DNA of 32,000 nucleotides from assembly GCA_003144275.1 (NCBI GenBank), contig NJBF01000038.1:1-32000 (forward strand), in the 5' to 3' direction. Numbering within the stretch: the first letter of the stretch is position 1; the number at the start of each line of letters is the position of its first letter. This DNA is from Candidatus Heimdallarchaeota archaeon B3_Heim. Its GTDB lineage: Archaea > Asgardarchaeota > Heimdallarchaeia > Hodarchaeales > Hodarchaeaceae. The translations under genes and the position numbers were made by a program. Below the pieces are notes generated by a model. It did no database searches. It had not been told where the DNA came from and saw nothing but the letters and a program-made list of their open reading frames with translations. This document shows positions 1 through 10,300 of this stretch, in pieces.

Positions 1-96
1 TTTCGCGAAATTTCTAAATTTATTGTTTCAATAGTGGCTTGTGGATCATTTATTACTGCTATGGAAGGATTAACGTTAATTATTGAACAGCATTGA
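1..96 (+). CDS. 3' end of a probable membrane protein (partial, runs in from the left edge)
   Basis: Frame 1 is open from base 1 to TGA at 94-96 and reads FREISKFIVSIVACGSFITAMEGLTLIIEQH*, which is hydrophobic. No family recognised. Confidence 0.35.
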   Translation, partial: FREISKFIVSIVACGSFITAMEGLTLIIEQH

Positions 97-160
97 AGAG
101 ATAATAGAACGATAATGAGAAGACGTTGAAAAACGGAGCGTAAACTCGAAGATTGCCAGT

Positions 161-796
161 TCACGCTAATCCTCCCTTCTTCAAAGTGAAAATCCATTTA
201 AATGCATTCATTACCGTCTCAAGATCAAATGAGCTGTTTTTTAGTTCCAATATAAACAGAAAACAAATGAAGATGAGTATTATTTTACACCCAAGACATA
301 TGCGCTGATTTATTCTCCGACTGTCGCGTGAAAGTCTATCGGTAGAAAAACGGATCCTCATTCTAGGTTTTGTGGGTGTATTGAATACATAATTTTTCGT
401 GGGATCTTGTGTAAACAACGTTGGGATGAATCCTACTGGAATCCCTTCATGAGAAAAGATGTCCAGAAAAAGATGAGAACCATAGGCAAGAACAATAGCG
501 CTCATCATAAAGTTGTACCAATCGTAGCCATCAGTGCCAAGTATTAAGATAAAACTCAAGAGGAGCAAGGCGAAGGGACTGTGAGTAGCAGGGTGGCGAC
601 ACCGTTCGGTACAGGTATGAGTTTTGCGATGCACACAGAAATATTTATCCAAAAAATTTGGAATGAGAGCAATGAAACTGAAAAGAACAACCCAAGGAAT
701 AAGGAAGAGCTGGTCGATTACTGAGAATGGACTAAATATAATCATATTGCCTAGAATACAGACAAACGCAAACCAGAAATGAGTATGATTTTTCAA
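161..796 (-). CDS. Membrane-bound metal-dependent hydrolase (YdjM/DUF457-like)
   Basis: Several TM segments with the family His motifs HTH near the N-terminus, HPATHS (cf. HRGxTHS) and GSHLFLDIFSHEGIP (cf. SHLxLDxxTxxGVP). Confidence 0.7.
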   Translation of the reverse strand: MKNHTHFWFAFVCILGNMIIFSPFSVIDQLFLIPWVVLFSFIALIPNFLDKYFCVHRKTHTCTERCRHPATHSPFALLLLSFILILGTDGYDWYNFMMSAIVLAYGSHLFLDIFSHEGIPVGFIPTLFTQDPTKNYVFNTPTKPRMRIRFSTDRLSRDSRRINQRICLGCKIILIFICFLFILELKNSSFDLETVMNAFKWIFTLKKGGLA

Positions 797-942
797 TTCC
801 TATCAATAATAATTGCTAACATCGTTTATAAATGCAAAATGAAGGTTCAGAACAGGTTTTCCTCACTTATCCTAATTTCAGATATTTAAAGTCTATCCCG
901 AATCAGATATGAAGACTTCTATGTTTATTATGGGGATAATCT

Positions 943-3204
943 TTGGAATCTACAGTAGTTCACTCCAGTAATGTAAATGTGAAATTTTACCAGGAAGATG
1001 TACTGGCTGTCAGTACAGTTAGCCCTCAGAGATCTTTCAAAAAAGATATAGTGTTACTTTCAGTTGTAGCTCTTTCTGCGCGGGAATTAAGCCAGTTTTC
1101 CTTACTTCACAAGGTGGTGGAAGATCACACGGGTATATCAACTTGGAGATCAAACCAGATCACCGAAGAACCGAAGAAATCGCAAAAAAATCCAATCGAA
1201 ATAATCCATACGCATAATTATTTAATCATCAAAGAAAGTTTCTGTGCATATGGCCTTCTACCTGAATTTTTAGTGAAACGAGTATACGAACGGTTACTCA
1301 CCAAACGAACAACAGTACTTAGCACCTTAGCAACTGGATTTAATATCAAAATTTTAGCTAATAATGAATTAATAAAGGTTTTCCTTCAAAAAGCGAATAT
1401 TAAGGCTACTGAACAGTTTATTCCATTTGATAAAGCGTTTCTCCGTCCAATAGTGGAATTAGAGCGAGTTCCAAAACGCCTGTTACCCGATTTGCCATTT
1501 AGTAATAATCCAGTAAATTTTCCTTTAGGAACCCATTTTCTTAATGCACAGAAAGCTGTTGGCCTTACTCAGCAACCAGGGTTGATCATTTTCGGTGGTT
1601 CTGAACAACATTTGTTATTAGCAGCTTTACAGCATTATATCCAGTCCCTGGCGATTACAGGAAAAAAAGTTGTTATTCTAGATTTCGATAATGAGTTAAA
1701 TGGATTTATTTCTGCTCTTGCTCTGCGACAGGTCGAAAATCTTCCCGTCACCGTCTTTCAACTAGGACGAAATCTCAATCTAAATCTTTGTGGAATTGAC
1801 ACCCCTATATCTTTGATATCTCGTAAGAGTCAGCTCACCTATCAAGCTACCGTTTTAACTAATATTTTAGCATTTGCTAGTGGAAATAGTGATATTCAGG
1901 CTAATCTTTCACATCTCCAGATGAAAATTCTGGAAACAATCGAAATTCTCCCTCTAAGAGAACGTTCGTTGAAAAATATTCTCTTCTCAGACAAATTTAC
2001 AGATTCAAATACTGATCTAGAATTTACACTCATGGAGCAGCTCCAGGCTGGTTTACGTCTGTACACGGAATTTCCCGAGCTCAATTCTCACGCTTTCACA
2101 CAAGAGTACGCAACACGACTGACCCCTCAACCTGGCGTGACGCTTTTCCAATTTCCTGTCCCGCTTTTATCAATCAAACGGGTTATTTTTGCCTTTTTGA
2201 TGCACACTTTGGCAATGCGGTGTGATCGAGAAACAATTGTTATTGTAACAAATGCCTCTCAGATTTTTACACAAGAGTATGGAGAAAGAGAGGGCATAAG
2301 TGCCAAACTCTATACTGAAGCACTTGGCAATTCGTTTTCTCAAATAACACGGTTGAGTTGCTTAACCCTTGTCACTTATTCTTTAGTTCGTCTTCATCTC
2401 GATATTCAGCAAGCAAACAATACTGGGATTTACTTCAGATTTAGTAGTAACGAGGATAGAGAATGGATTGCTCGTAGGTATGCCCTCACCCGCTATATGG
2501 AGGATCCAAATAGGTTTCTCCAGAGTCTAGATGGAGAAGGATTGTTATTGAATCAAAGCACTCCTAATACTATTAATCATTTTGTCCCTTATACATTATC
2601 CCCAGTCATTTTAGACCCGTCTTTTACAGAGCGGGTTTATCTGTTATCAGAATCAGAGGAACTCACGAAGAAACAATTTGTTAATTTAATGATAATCTTA
2701 GAACTCCTAACTAAAACAGATGTAGAGAAAGCCCTTCTCCTCCATCAATTAACTGGTTCTGGAATTAAAACTCCCTCTGCTCAGTTGCAGGAGTTCAAAA
2801 AAAGAGGGTACATAATAGAACAGATTCAGGGAGAGAAACATCTATTTTCGATTTCAGAACTAGGAAACACTCTTTTTCAAAAATATAATGATCAAATTGT
2901 CCACCTTCCCCCTTCCCTAAATTCAGATGAATATAAACTTGCCAATATTAAGGAAAACCTGCGAGAACGAGTACATAACATCGAATTATTTGATGATAAT
3001 GAATATCAACAACTAGTGCAGGATATTCAAGAATTTATCGGAGCGTTATTACGTGAATTCTTCTCTACTCAAAATAAAATTGATTGGGGGGTGTTTAGGG
3101 ATTATATTACTTTACTGGATATTGAGGACGAAACTGACAGATTGTTAATCCAGCGAATGGAGCTGTTAGAAAGGATATATTCTGATCTACACAGTAATCG
3201 ATAG
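943..3204 (+). CDS. HerA/VirB4/TraD-like P-loop fold protein with degenerate Walker motifs and a C-terminal winged-helix-like region
   Basis: Motif order matches the HerA/FtsK superfamily: LIIFGGSEQ (Walker A position), KKVVILDFDNEL, VFQLGRNLNLNL, IVIVTNASQIF (Walker B position), LTLVTYS...NTGIYFRFSSNEDREWI...LDGEGLLL. TTG start; the true start is uncertain. Confidence 0.6.
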   Translation: MESTVVHSSNVNVKFYQEDVLAVSTVSPQRSFKKDIVLLSVVALSARELSQFSLLHKVVEDHTGISTWRSNQITEEPKKSQKNPIEIIHTHNYLIIKESFCAYGLLPEFLVKRVYERLLTKRTTVLSTLATGFNIKILANNELIKVFLQKANIKATEQFIPFDKAFLRPIVELERVPKRLLPDLPFSNNPVNFPLGTHFLNAQKAVGLTQQPGLIIFGGSEQHLLLAALQHYIQSLAITGKKVVILDFDNELNGFISALALRQVENLPVTVFQLGRNLNLNLCGIDTPISLISRKSQLTYQATVLTNILAFASGNSDIQANLSHLQMKILETIEILPLRERSLKNILFSDKFTDSNTDLEFTLMEQLQAGLRLYTEFPELNSHAFTQEYATRLTPQPGVTLFQFPVPLLSIKRVIFAFLMHTLAMRCDRETIVIVTNASQIFTQEYGEREGISAKLYTEALGNSFSQITRLSCLTLVTYSLVRLHLDIQQANNTGIYFRFSSNEDREWIARRYALTRYMEDPNRFLQSLDGEGLLLNQSTPNTINHFVPYTLSPVILDPSFTERVYLLSESEELTKKQFVNLMIILELLTKTDVEKALLLHQLTGSGIKTPSAQLQEFKKRGYIIEQIQGEKHLFSISELGNTLFQKYNDQIVHLPPSLNSDEYKLANIKENLRERVHNIELFDDNEYQQLVQDIQEFIGALLREFFSTQNKIDWGVFRDYITLLDIEDETDRLLIQRMELLERIYSDLHSNR

Positions 3205-3390
3205 AATTAGAAAGAGTACGTATGCACTCTCTCCAACTGAAAGCATTTGATATTCTCATGTTCACAGGGGGCCTGTCTTTTTGTAAAACTAGATTAGGTC
3301 AATGAAGACATGTTAAAGGAAATTCTTAAATAATTACGTGAATATTAAGAATAACAATCTTAGTAATCAAACCTAGGAAAGGTTCACAAA

Positions 3391-4251
3391 GTGGAGATGA
3401 AAGCACGATCTATTGCTAAACACACACAAATATTATTATTTATTATAATTATTAGTCAAATTACTTTTATAAAAGCTGAGACAACCGAAATCAGAACTGA
3501 TGTTTGGGATGAAGGGGATTGGTTAATATATGAGTATATAGCTGGAATAATTGGAGCAAAATATTCTTTCATTGTTACAAGGGTTACAAACGACTACATT
3601 GAATTTACTATAGATATAAATACTTCTTCTGTATTCAAAATAAATACTACATCAGGTGAGATCATAGAACCTTCTCTATCAGGTGAGGTCAACGAACCTT
3701 CTTCAGATCAAAATCAAAGTTCTATTACTGATCTAGGATACTATGGAATCTATCCTAATTTTACAGAAATTATCACTCAATCCAAGATAGAATTTGCAAA
3801 TAATACACTTCTTCACCATTCCCTCTATATATCTCAAGCTCTTATGCGTTTGGAAGGACAACCAGTCGTAATTCCAGTATCAGGATTACTAATAGAAGGG
3901 GCAAATTTTACTAAAATTGATTTCTATAATTATACTTCCGGAATGAACGAAACAACCTGGCAATGGCAAAACTTTACCTTGACAATTGAAGTCCATACCC
4001 CGACCGGTATTTTAATTAATACAATGATATCTGTATTTGGTGGACTGCTCTTTATGGATCTAATAATGCCTCCATATCAAGGATTTGGAACCCTTTTACA
4101 AGCTGTTGATTCTTCTGGGATATTTGAGGTGAGTAATAAAATAGATACTTCTCCCAGTTCGAGCACAACGGGCTTTTTGATAAGTGTAAGTATCTTTCCC
4201 TTCATAATACTGATTTTAATCAATCGAAAACTCAAAAAGAAAATTATTTAA
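3391..4251 (+). CDS. Secreted/surface protein with signal peptide and a PGF-CTERM-like C-terminal anchor
   Basis: N-terminal basic plus hydrophobic signal (KARSIAKHTQILLFIIIISQITFIKA), many N-x-S/T sequons, a Ser/Thr linker, then TTGF + TM helix + RKLKKK. ATG at 3397 is an alternative start. Confidence 0.7.
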   Translation: MEMKARSIAKHTQILLFIIIISQITFIKAETTEIRTDVWDEGDWLIYEYIAGIIGAKYSFIVTRVTNDYIEFTIDINTSSVFKINTTSGEIIEPSLSGEVNEPSSDQNQSSITDLGYYGIYPNFTEIITQSKIEFANNTLLHHSLYISQALMRLEGQPVVIPVSGLLIEGANFTKIDFYNYTSGMNETTWQWQNFTLTIEVHTPTGILINTMISVFGGLLFMDLIMPPYQGFGTLLQAVDSSGIFEVSNKIDTSPSSSTTGFLISVSIFPFIILILINRKLKKKII

Positions 4252-4694
4252 CATACATTATCGGCTATCATATCTATCAACCAATCGAGATAAGCAGCCA
4301 AGCTAATTATGTGGCCTGATTCACAGTATTCCAGATAATGTTTGAGGAGGCGATTGTGGCGGAGAACAAGCTGACCATTACAATACGCACAAAAGGGAAT
4401 AGAACTGAAGACATATACTCCTAAGACAGGACTCCCCATTACATCAGGAGGATAGATCATATCTTCAAGCTCTAGGTACAAATGTGCGTCATCAACGAGT
4501 AATTCTTGGGGGGGCACGCGGTATATCGCCTTGCAATCCATACATTGAAATACTGCTTTTTCTTCTGGTTTATTCTGGAAGCTACTTTTTGGCTCAATAG
4601 AATGTGAAGGTTCCTTTATACTGGCATTTAGCTTCGTTATGAGGTCTTGCACCTCTGGCGTGTGGAAGTTTTTTATATTCATCGAATTCCTCAT
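4248..4694 (-). CDS. Hypothetical protein with two CxxC motifs (possible zinc ribbon)
   Basis: 148-aa ORF with CMDC and CAYC. Its stop overlaps the stop of the convergent gene by 4 nt. Confidence 0.55.
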   Translation of the reverse strand: MRNSMNIKNFHTPEVQDLITKLNASIKEPSHSIEPKSSFQNKPEEKAVFQCMDCKAIYRVPPQELLVDDAHLYLELEDMIYPPDVMGSPVLGVYVFSSIPFCAYCNGQLVLRHNRLLKHYLEYCESGHIISLAAYLDWLIDMIADNVC

Positions 4695-4780
4695 CTAGCA
4701 TAGTCGTTGAACCTTTTATACTTGAAAGGTCTCAGTATTATTAAATACCCAGTTTTTTTCCTCTATGAGGAGTTAATTCT

Positions 4781-5986
4781 ATGCGTGTATATATCATCCG
4801 CTTTACCTTCCCAAGAAATGTTTTTGAACTGTGTATGGATTTTGAGAAAAACTTCAACAATCTAGCAATGATTTTGGAGGAAAAAGATCTTGGAGATTCT
4901 CACGGTAACTTATTAGAGGCAAACTACTCTGATCTGGAATTTATACAACTTGAACAACAGTTGGGAGGCACAGGAATTTGGACTTTACCCAAAAGTGTAT
5001 TACAGGGGGATATTCTCCTCTTCCAATATAGTCTAGGGAGTCGAAGACGCTTTTTACAGGTGAAAAAAGAACTCTACATAAAAGGTTTAGATCAAAAATA
5101 TGATTGGGCATCTCTTCAGTTGTTTGAATACTCAGGTATAATTGAGCAAGCTCGGGAATATGTAATAGCACAAGAAGAAATTGTCCTCAAACACTGTGGG
5201 AAATATCTTGCCTCAGCAGTAGTTACTGGTTCCTCTTTTTATTATGTAGATGATTATGTACAACAGGGAGGACGTATCTTTGCCTCATATGGCCAGGTTC
5301 ATCTCTTTGAAAATCCCCTTTCTGTTGTTGGTCCTACTTCATTGGTTAAAGAATTGCCTGAATTTGCCAGTCATGGTCCAGTGTCATTCCGTGTCTTCAA
5401 ATCACAAAAGAATCTTGATTTTTTGTTAGAATGCTTAAGAAAAACGAATAACACACTCCCAGATTATCTTACTGGGATTGATTTGTCTCCATCACTAATG
5501 GGGACGAAAATTACCAAACATAATTGGCTTGATCTCTTACCTACGCTTCGAGGATTCCTTTACGAAGACCAAATGAGATTTATGTTTACCGATTTCTTCC
5601 TAAAAGCGTTAGCAGATGGAAAAGTGTTTACTGAAAAAACCGTGGTGAAACCGAGATCCAAAGGAATAGTTGATTATATTATCCAAATTGGGGATATCTT
5701 AATTCCGATAGAAATTAAACTCAACATCCAAACCGAGGCTGATTTTCTAGAGCAGATACTCAAATATACTGGCCCAGCGAAAATCCAATTAACCAATTCC
5801 GAGTCTATATCGTTAGAACACTCAGTTGTAGTAGCCATTGATCAGAATGGTGTGTATTTCTTAAAGGGTGGACATTTTGATGGATGTTCTTCGTCCTTAC
5901 CGATCCTTCCAATTAGCGAGATTACTCCACAGTCAATATTACAGCTAAGAAGGAAAATTAAGGATATATTAAATTTTCCCAAGTAA
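4781..5986 (+). CDS. EVE/PUA-like domain fused to a PD-(D/E)xK nuclease (putative modification-dependent restriction enzyme)
   Basis: N-half has WTLPKSVLQGDILLFQYS...YLASAVV...FENPLSV (EVE-like pattern). C-half has EKTVV...GIVDYIIQIGDILIPIEIK (D...ExK catalytic motif). Confidence 0.6.
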   Translation: MRVYIIRFTFPRNVFELCMDFEKNFNNLAMILEEKDLGDSHGNLLEANYSDLEFIQLEQQLGGTGIWTLPKSVLQGDILLFQYSLGSRRRFLQVKKELYIKGLDQKYDWASLQLFEYSGIIEQAREYVIAQEEIVLKHCGKYLASAVVTGSSFYYVDDYVQQGGRIFASYGQVHLFENPLSVVGPTSLVKELPEFASHGPVSFRVFKSQKNLDFLLECLRKTNNTLPDYLTGIDLSPSLMGTKITKHNWLDLLPTLRGFLYEDQMRFMFTDFFLKALADGKVFTEKTVVKPRSKGIVDYIIQIGDILIPIEIKLNIQTEADFLEQILKYTGPAKIQLTNSESISLEHSVVVAIDQNGVYFLKGGHFDGCSSSLPILPISEITPQSILQLRRKIKDILNFPK

Positions 5987-5990
5987 GAAT

Positions 5991-6216
5991 TCATTCCATT
6001 ATGATTGGTTCATTACAAATAGGACAACGCCCTTTTTGTCGGATCCATTCACCAAAATGACCTACATGAAATAATGTAGAACAGCTAGGACAATTTTTTT
6101 AAGAAGCCATCCCCCTTGGACCAGTTAGTTCTCAAGTAAGTTCTTGTTCTAAGGATAAGTGGTAAAAAACAAGTACATTTTTTCCGCACCAGTAATAGTG
6201 TTAAATTCCCTTCCAT
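5991..6216 (-). pseudogene. Small RING-finger-like gene, frameshifted or degraded (not in the ORF track)
   Basis: Minus strand 6092-5991 reads CPSCSTLFHVGHFGEWIRQKGRCPICNEPIIME*, a RING C-terminal ligand pattern. An ATG at 6216 opens a frame (MEGNLTLLLVRKKCTCFLPL...) that joins it if one base is removed from the minus-strand A7 run (plus-strand T7, 6094-6100). Confidence 0.6.
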
Positions 6217-6298
6217 CTGATACCTGAATAATATCTTTTAGGTTTATAAATCACCAACTTTAATAATATCAGTTACTAAGACTCTAGTTGAGTCCGAC

Positions 6299-7156
6299 TT
6301 GAGAATCCGAGATCAAAAAATGTCAATTCATTATGAATCATATATATCGCGTCTACGGTCCATCTGGGAACGTTCTGATAGTGAAAGAGAGCGAATCATT
6401 AATTTGATGAACTCTTTTTTTAATTTAAAGGGTTCTAATTCCTTAGTAAATCTACCACCTTGCTTTTTTAGTGGAAATATTAAATCTCAAGGTAGAATTT
6501 TCCTACTGACTGCGAATCCAAAATTCACACCTATTAGTACTCCTAATGAAATAAAACAGCATGCCATGACAAAATCAACCCGGTGGGATTTTACTAGATG
6601 GACAGATTACTGCTTAAATCGATTTCTAAAATACAAGAAAGAACAAGAAGTTCATCCAATATATAAAGAGGCAATAAAGGTAATTCTTGATTGTTCTTCA
6701 ATAAAGGAATTAAGGAGAAAATTTGGTGATTCTCGAATTGTACTACAAAACAATTTAATTAATTTGGATTGGTGTCCATATTATTCATCTAGCTTTTCGT
6801 CATCCAAATTTCCGTTACAGATTTTGCATAAACAAAAGGCAGAATACGAAAATGTCAGTTCGGAAATCAGTTTATGGAACGAATTATTATTAGATGCAAT
6901 TTCCCTTAATCAACCAAAGTATGTCCTAGTGTTTGGTAAGAATTACGATTTCTGGCTACGATCAATAGCAGATATCGATGATGAACCATTGGTTCGTAGT
7001 CATTCAACAGCCACTATCAATAAGGGATATTTTCGGAATAAATATCACACACCGTTAATTTACACAAATACTAGTCTAAGCGGATCAAATAAAGAATATA
7101 TGCCTTTTATACGAAAAAGACTTCCAACGGTTTTAAACGCTCAGTTTAAGCCTTAG
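6299..7156 (+). CDS. Uracil-DNA-glycosylase-like fold protein, uncharacterised
   Basis: PPCFFSGNIKSQGRIFLLTANPK (cf. PxPFxG...LxxNP), LDWCPYYSSSF and PKYVLVFGK motifs typical of UDG-superfamily proteins. ATG at 6320 is a possible true start. Confidence 0.55.
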   Translation: MRIRDQKMSIHYESYISRLRSIWERSDSERERIINLMNSFFNLKGSNSLVNLPPCFFSGNIKSQGRIFLLTANPKFTPISTPNEIKQHAMTKSTRWDFTRWTDYCLNRFLKYKKEQEVHPIYKEAIKVILDCSSIKELRRKFGDSRIVLQNNLINLDWCPYYSSSFSSSKFPLQILHKQKAEYENVSSEISLWNELLLDAISLNQPKYVLVFGKNYDFWLRSIADIDDEPLVRSHSTATINKGYFRNKYHTPLIYTNTSLSGSNKEYMPFIRKRLPTVLNAQFKP

Positions 7157-7331
7157 TTTTTTGTCTTGATAATGCCGTTATTGAGCTACTTTGGAGAGTC
7201 CTACTTACTAAGATAGGATTCCAAAGGCTACATACAGCTTCATAAGTCTGCGATTTTATGAATATATAAGGCATTTATCCTATCCTCATTGAATATTCCG
7301 TTAAAAGAAGATCGCAAAGAGGGGCTAAAAG

Positions 7332-10300
7332 ATGTCCACAGAAGAGGAAATGCCAGAAAAAGAAAAGAAAAAGGAACGAGAGGAACAAACAGAGGAGCAG
7401 AGAGAGATATTCACTGAAATAGAGGAAAAATTACTTGCTGAAGGCCCATACAACGATCAAACCATCGTTGAAGCGGAAAATATGGAAATTTCCGAGTCAT
7501 CCCCTCCGGAAGAGATTAATGAGAAGCCTATTGATGACCAAAAAGAGCAGAACATTGAGGATTATGCACTGCGGGAGAATCAAAAGGAAGAAATCAAAAA
7601 GATAGAAGCTAGCTTAGTAACCATGGCAGAGGAAGGGTTTAACGATCAACAGGTAATTTATGAGGAGGAGAGAGAGGAATCAACAAGTGAGCATGTTACA
7701 TCCCAGAAGGAGCAGTTAGGGGAGCAGATAGAAGAGAATAATGAAAAAGTACAAGGAATTGAAGAAATTCCACTTACCCCAGAAAAAAATAGAGATCAAA
7801 TTCAGGAGGAGGTGGAAACACCAAACGTTTTGGAGGTAGAAAGACGTGGAGAAGGTTTAGAAGAATTAGAGACAGTCGTATCAACACAGGAACGCTTCAC
7901 TGATCAACAAATTGTCTGGGAGGATGAAACGCAGAAAGATAGAGTTGTAAAGCTTAGGATCCAAGATAAATCAGATAAAAAAGATATTTTGTTTGAAAAG
8001 AACAGGAGAGAAGCAAATAAGGAGGATGAGAGGCGGTCGCAAAGCCAGATAGTACAGGAGGCTCGTGGACTAAGTAGAGAGGAAACAAAACAGAAAAATA
8101 TCAAACAAAAATCAACACACAAAGAAGAAAACGATACTAGACTATCAGTAATTCAAAGTGGACAACAAGCAACCCAAACAGGGACACACTCAGATCTTAC
8201 AATCCTAGCAAGAGAGTGGAATCAATACATAACAAATGGAGGAAGAATAACAGTAGATATGTGGGAGATATATAACAATATACAGGAGAAGTACAATAAG
8301 CCAATTGTCTTGTACAAAGAAGATGAGGAAATAAATACCTATAGAATGAGCCCAAGTGGGAAATTGTTTTCCCAATTAGATGCTAGTCTATTTAATGAAC
8401 GATTAAGTAACCCCTCCAAACAAATTTCCAAATTACTTGATTATTGGTTAATCCAGAGAGGGAAAAAGGAAGGAATCAAACCGTTTTTTGAAGTTACAAT
8501 TGAGAATCCCAATACTAAAGAAATGGAAACATATTGGATTCCGAATGCGAGACAAAGGGTTTGGAACCCATATGAAGGGAAGGATCAGCGTTTTTTCTAC
8601 GGCCCTCGTTCTGCTGGACGGATGATTACAAATTTCCTGACTGATAAGGTAAGATTATCTCAAAGCAACTTCAATGTGTACTTAAAGTTGGAAGAGAATT
8701 TAAGAATGAAATTCCCTAAATTGGGTATTCAGACTGGAAATATGAGTTTTAACGGCCAGAAAATCTTGTTCAATACGTTTAATAGGTTAAAATATTCAAG
8801 AGAGGTGACAGAAGAAGTAATTCAACTGTTATTCTGGAAATATGTCGATTCACACTCCAAAAGATATATTCAGAATTCTTCTCTCAAAATATCAGAATTA
8901 GTGGAATACTGCAAAGAAAATGAAATTACAGGGAGAAAAAACATTACTCAGATGAAAATATTCGTTCCCAAATCTAATCCTGTTATTCTAAATAATACAA
9001 TGGAAAATAAATTAAATAATGCAATGAATAAACCTTCGACTTCAGGTAGAAATAATGAGCTAACACACAAACCTAAGCTACAAATTGTAACAAAACCGAA
9101 AGATACAGAGGCCTATATAAGTTCTAGACCCATTGTGAAAAACTTATTAACAACTCTTAAGATAATTGAGGATAATTTTGGAATAAATGGTCTTTCACCA
9201 GCATATAAACCACCTAAAAATCTTATCCTCAGTTATGATAATTCTAACAAGAATAAATTAATTATAAACGCAGAATCTGCTGATGATAAAGATCTAGCCC
9301 ATTTTCTACTTGAAGGATTTCAATTGTCATCTAGAAGTAAGACCGCAAAAGGAGCCTTTTGGTTTGGAAAAATTATGCATCCAATGAAAGGAAAAAGTAA
9401 AAATGAGTGGCACAAATTTACGAGCTTTTTGAAATCACGTTCTGAAAGAAAGATTGAGAATCATGATAAATGGTACTCTAGTAAACATGCGGGAGGAGAG
9501 AAAACTGTGAGAAGGAGAATAAATGTTGAAATCGATATTAACGGGTTTAAATTGCTAAAAGCAGAATTAATGGATAATGCGGTATCTCTGGCGAATGATA
9601 GCAGCCATAGAATATGGGTGAAACAGACTCGAGCTGATGCTAGAAGGAATAAAAATCCTACTGATGCACTTAAGCGGGCTGAGGAAAACATTCAATGGTG
9701 GAACAGCATTCGTACATTAGTACCAATTGGTTCTGAGAACTATCAAGAACAAGCATTATTGTATCTTATGAATATTAAAAAATCAGCCGATGAGAGTCTT
9801 GGTAGAACCATTATATCTCAGAAACTTACTAATATTGAATTTTCAAAAATAACACAGGAATTAGAACAAATTTCAATCAGAGAGGTGAAAGACGTAAAAA
9901 CTTCTAAGTTAATGACATTGCATGAGGTGATCCCAGTTGAAGAGAGTCATCGTATAGGATCAATGGGATATGCCTTTGATGTTTTTAACGAACATCTCGG
10001 TGCAAATATTGGTTTTAAGGCTCAATTAGCTTTTATGAACAAGTTTTGTCCTTCTCAAAGTCCACTAGCTGAATACTTGGGATTGGATAAGATTAAATTA
10101 AGGGGTTGTGAAATTGAATTAAAATGGGGTGATCGTAAAGGATATGCAAATACTGGTTTAAGCATGACTGACACTTTCGCTCCAGACGTAATCATAAAGG
10201 ATAAATCAGGAAATCTGTTAGCTGTTATCCAACTGAAGGGTTATTCACAAACTAGAACTAGTATACAACCCAATGTTTCAGTAATCCAATTATTAGAACT

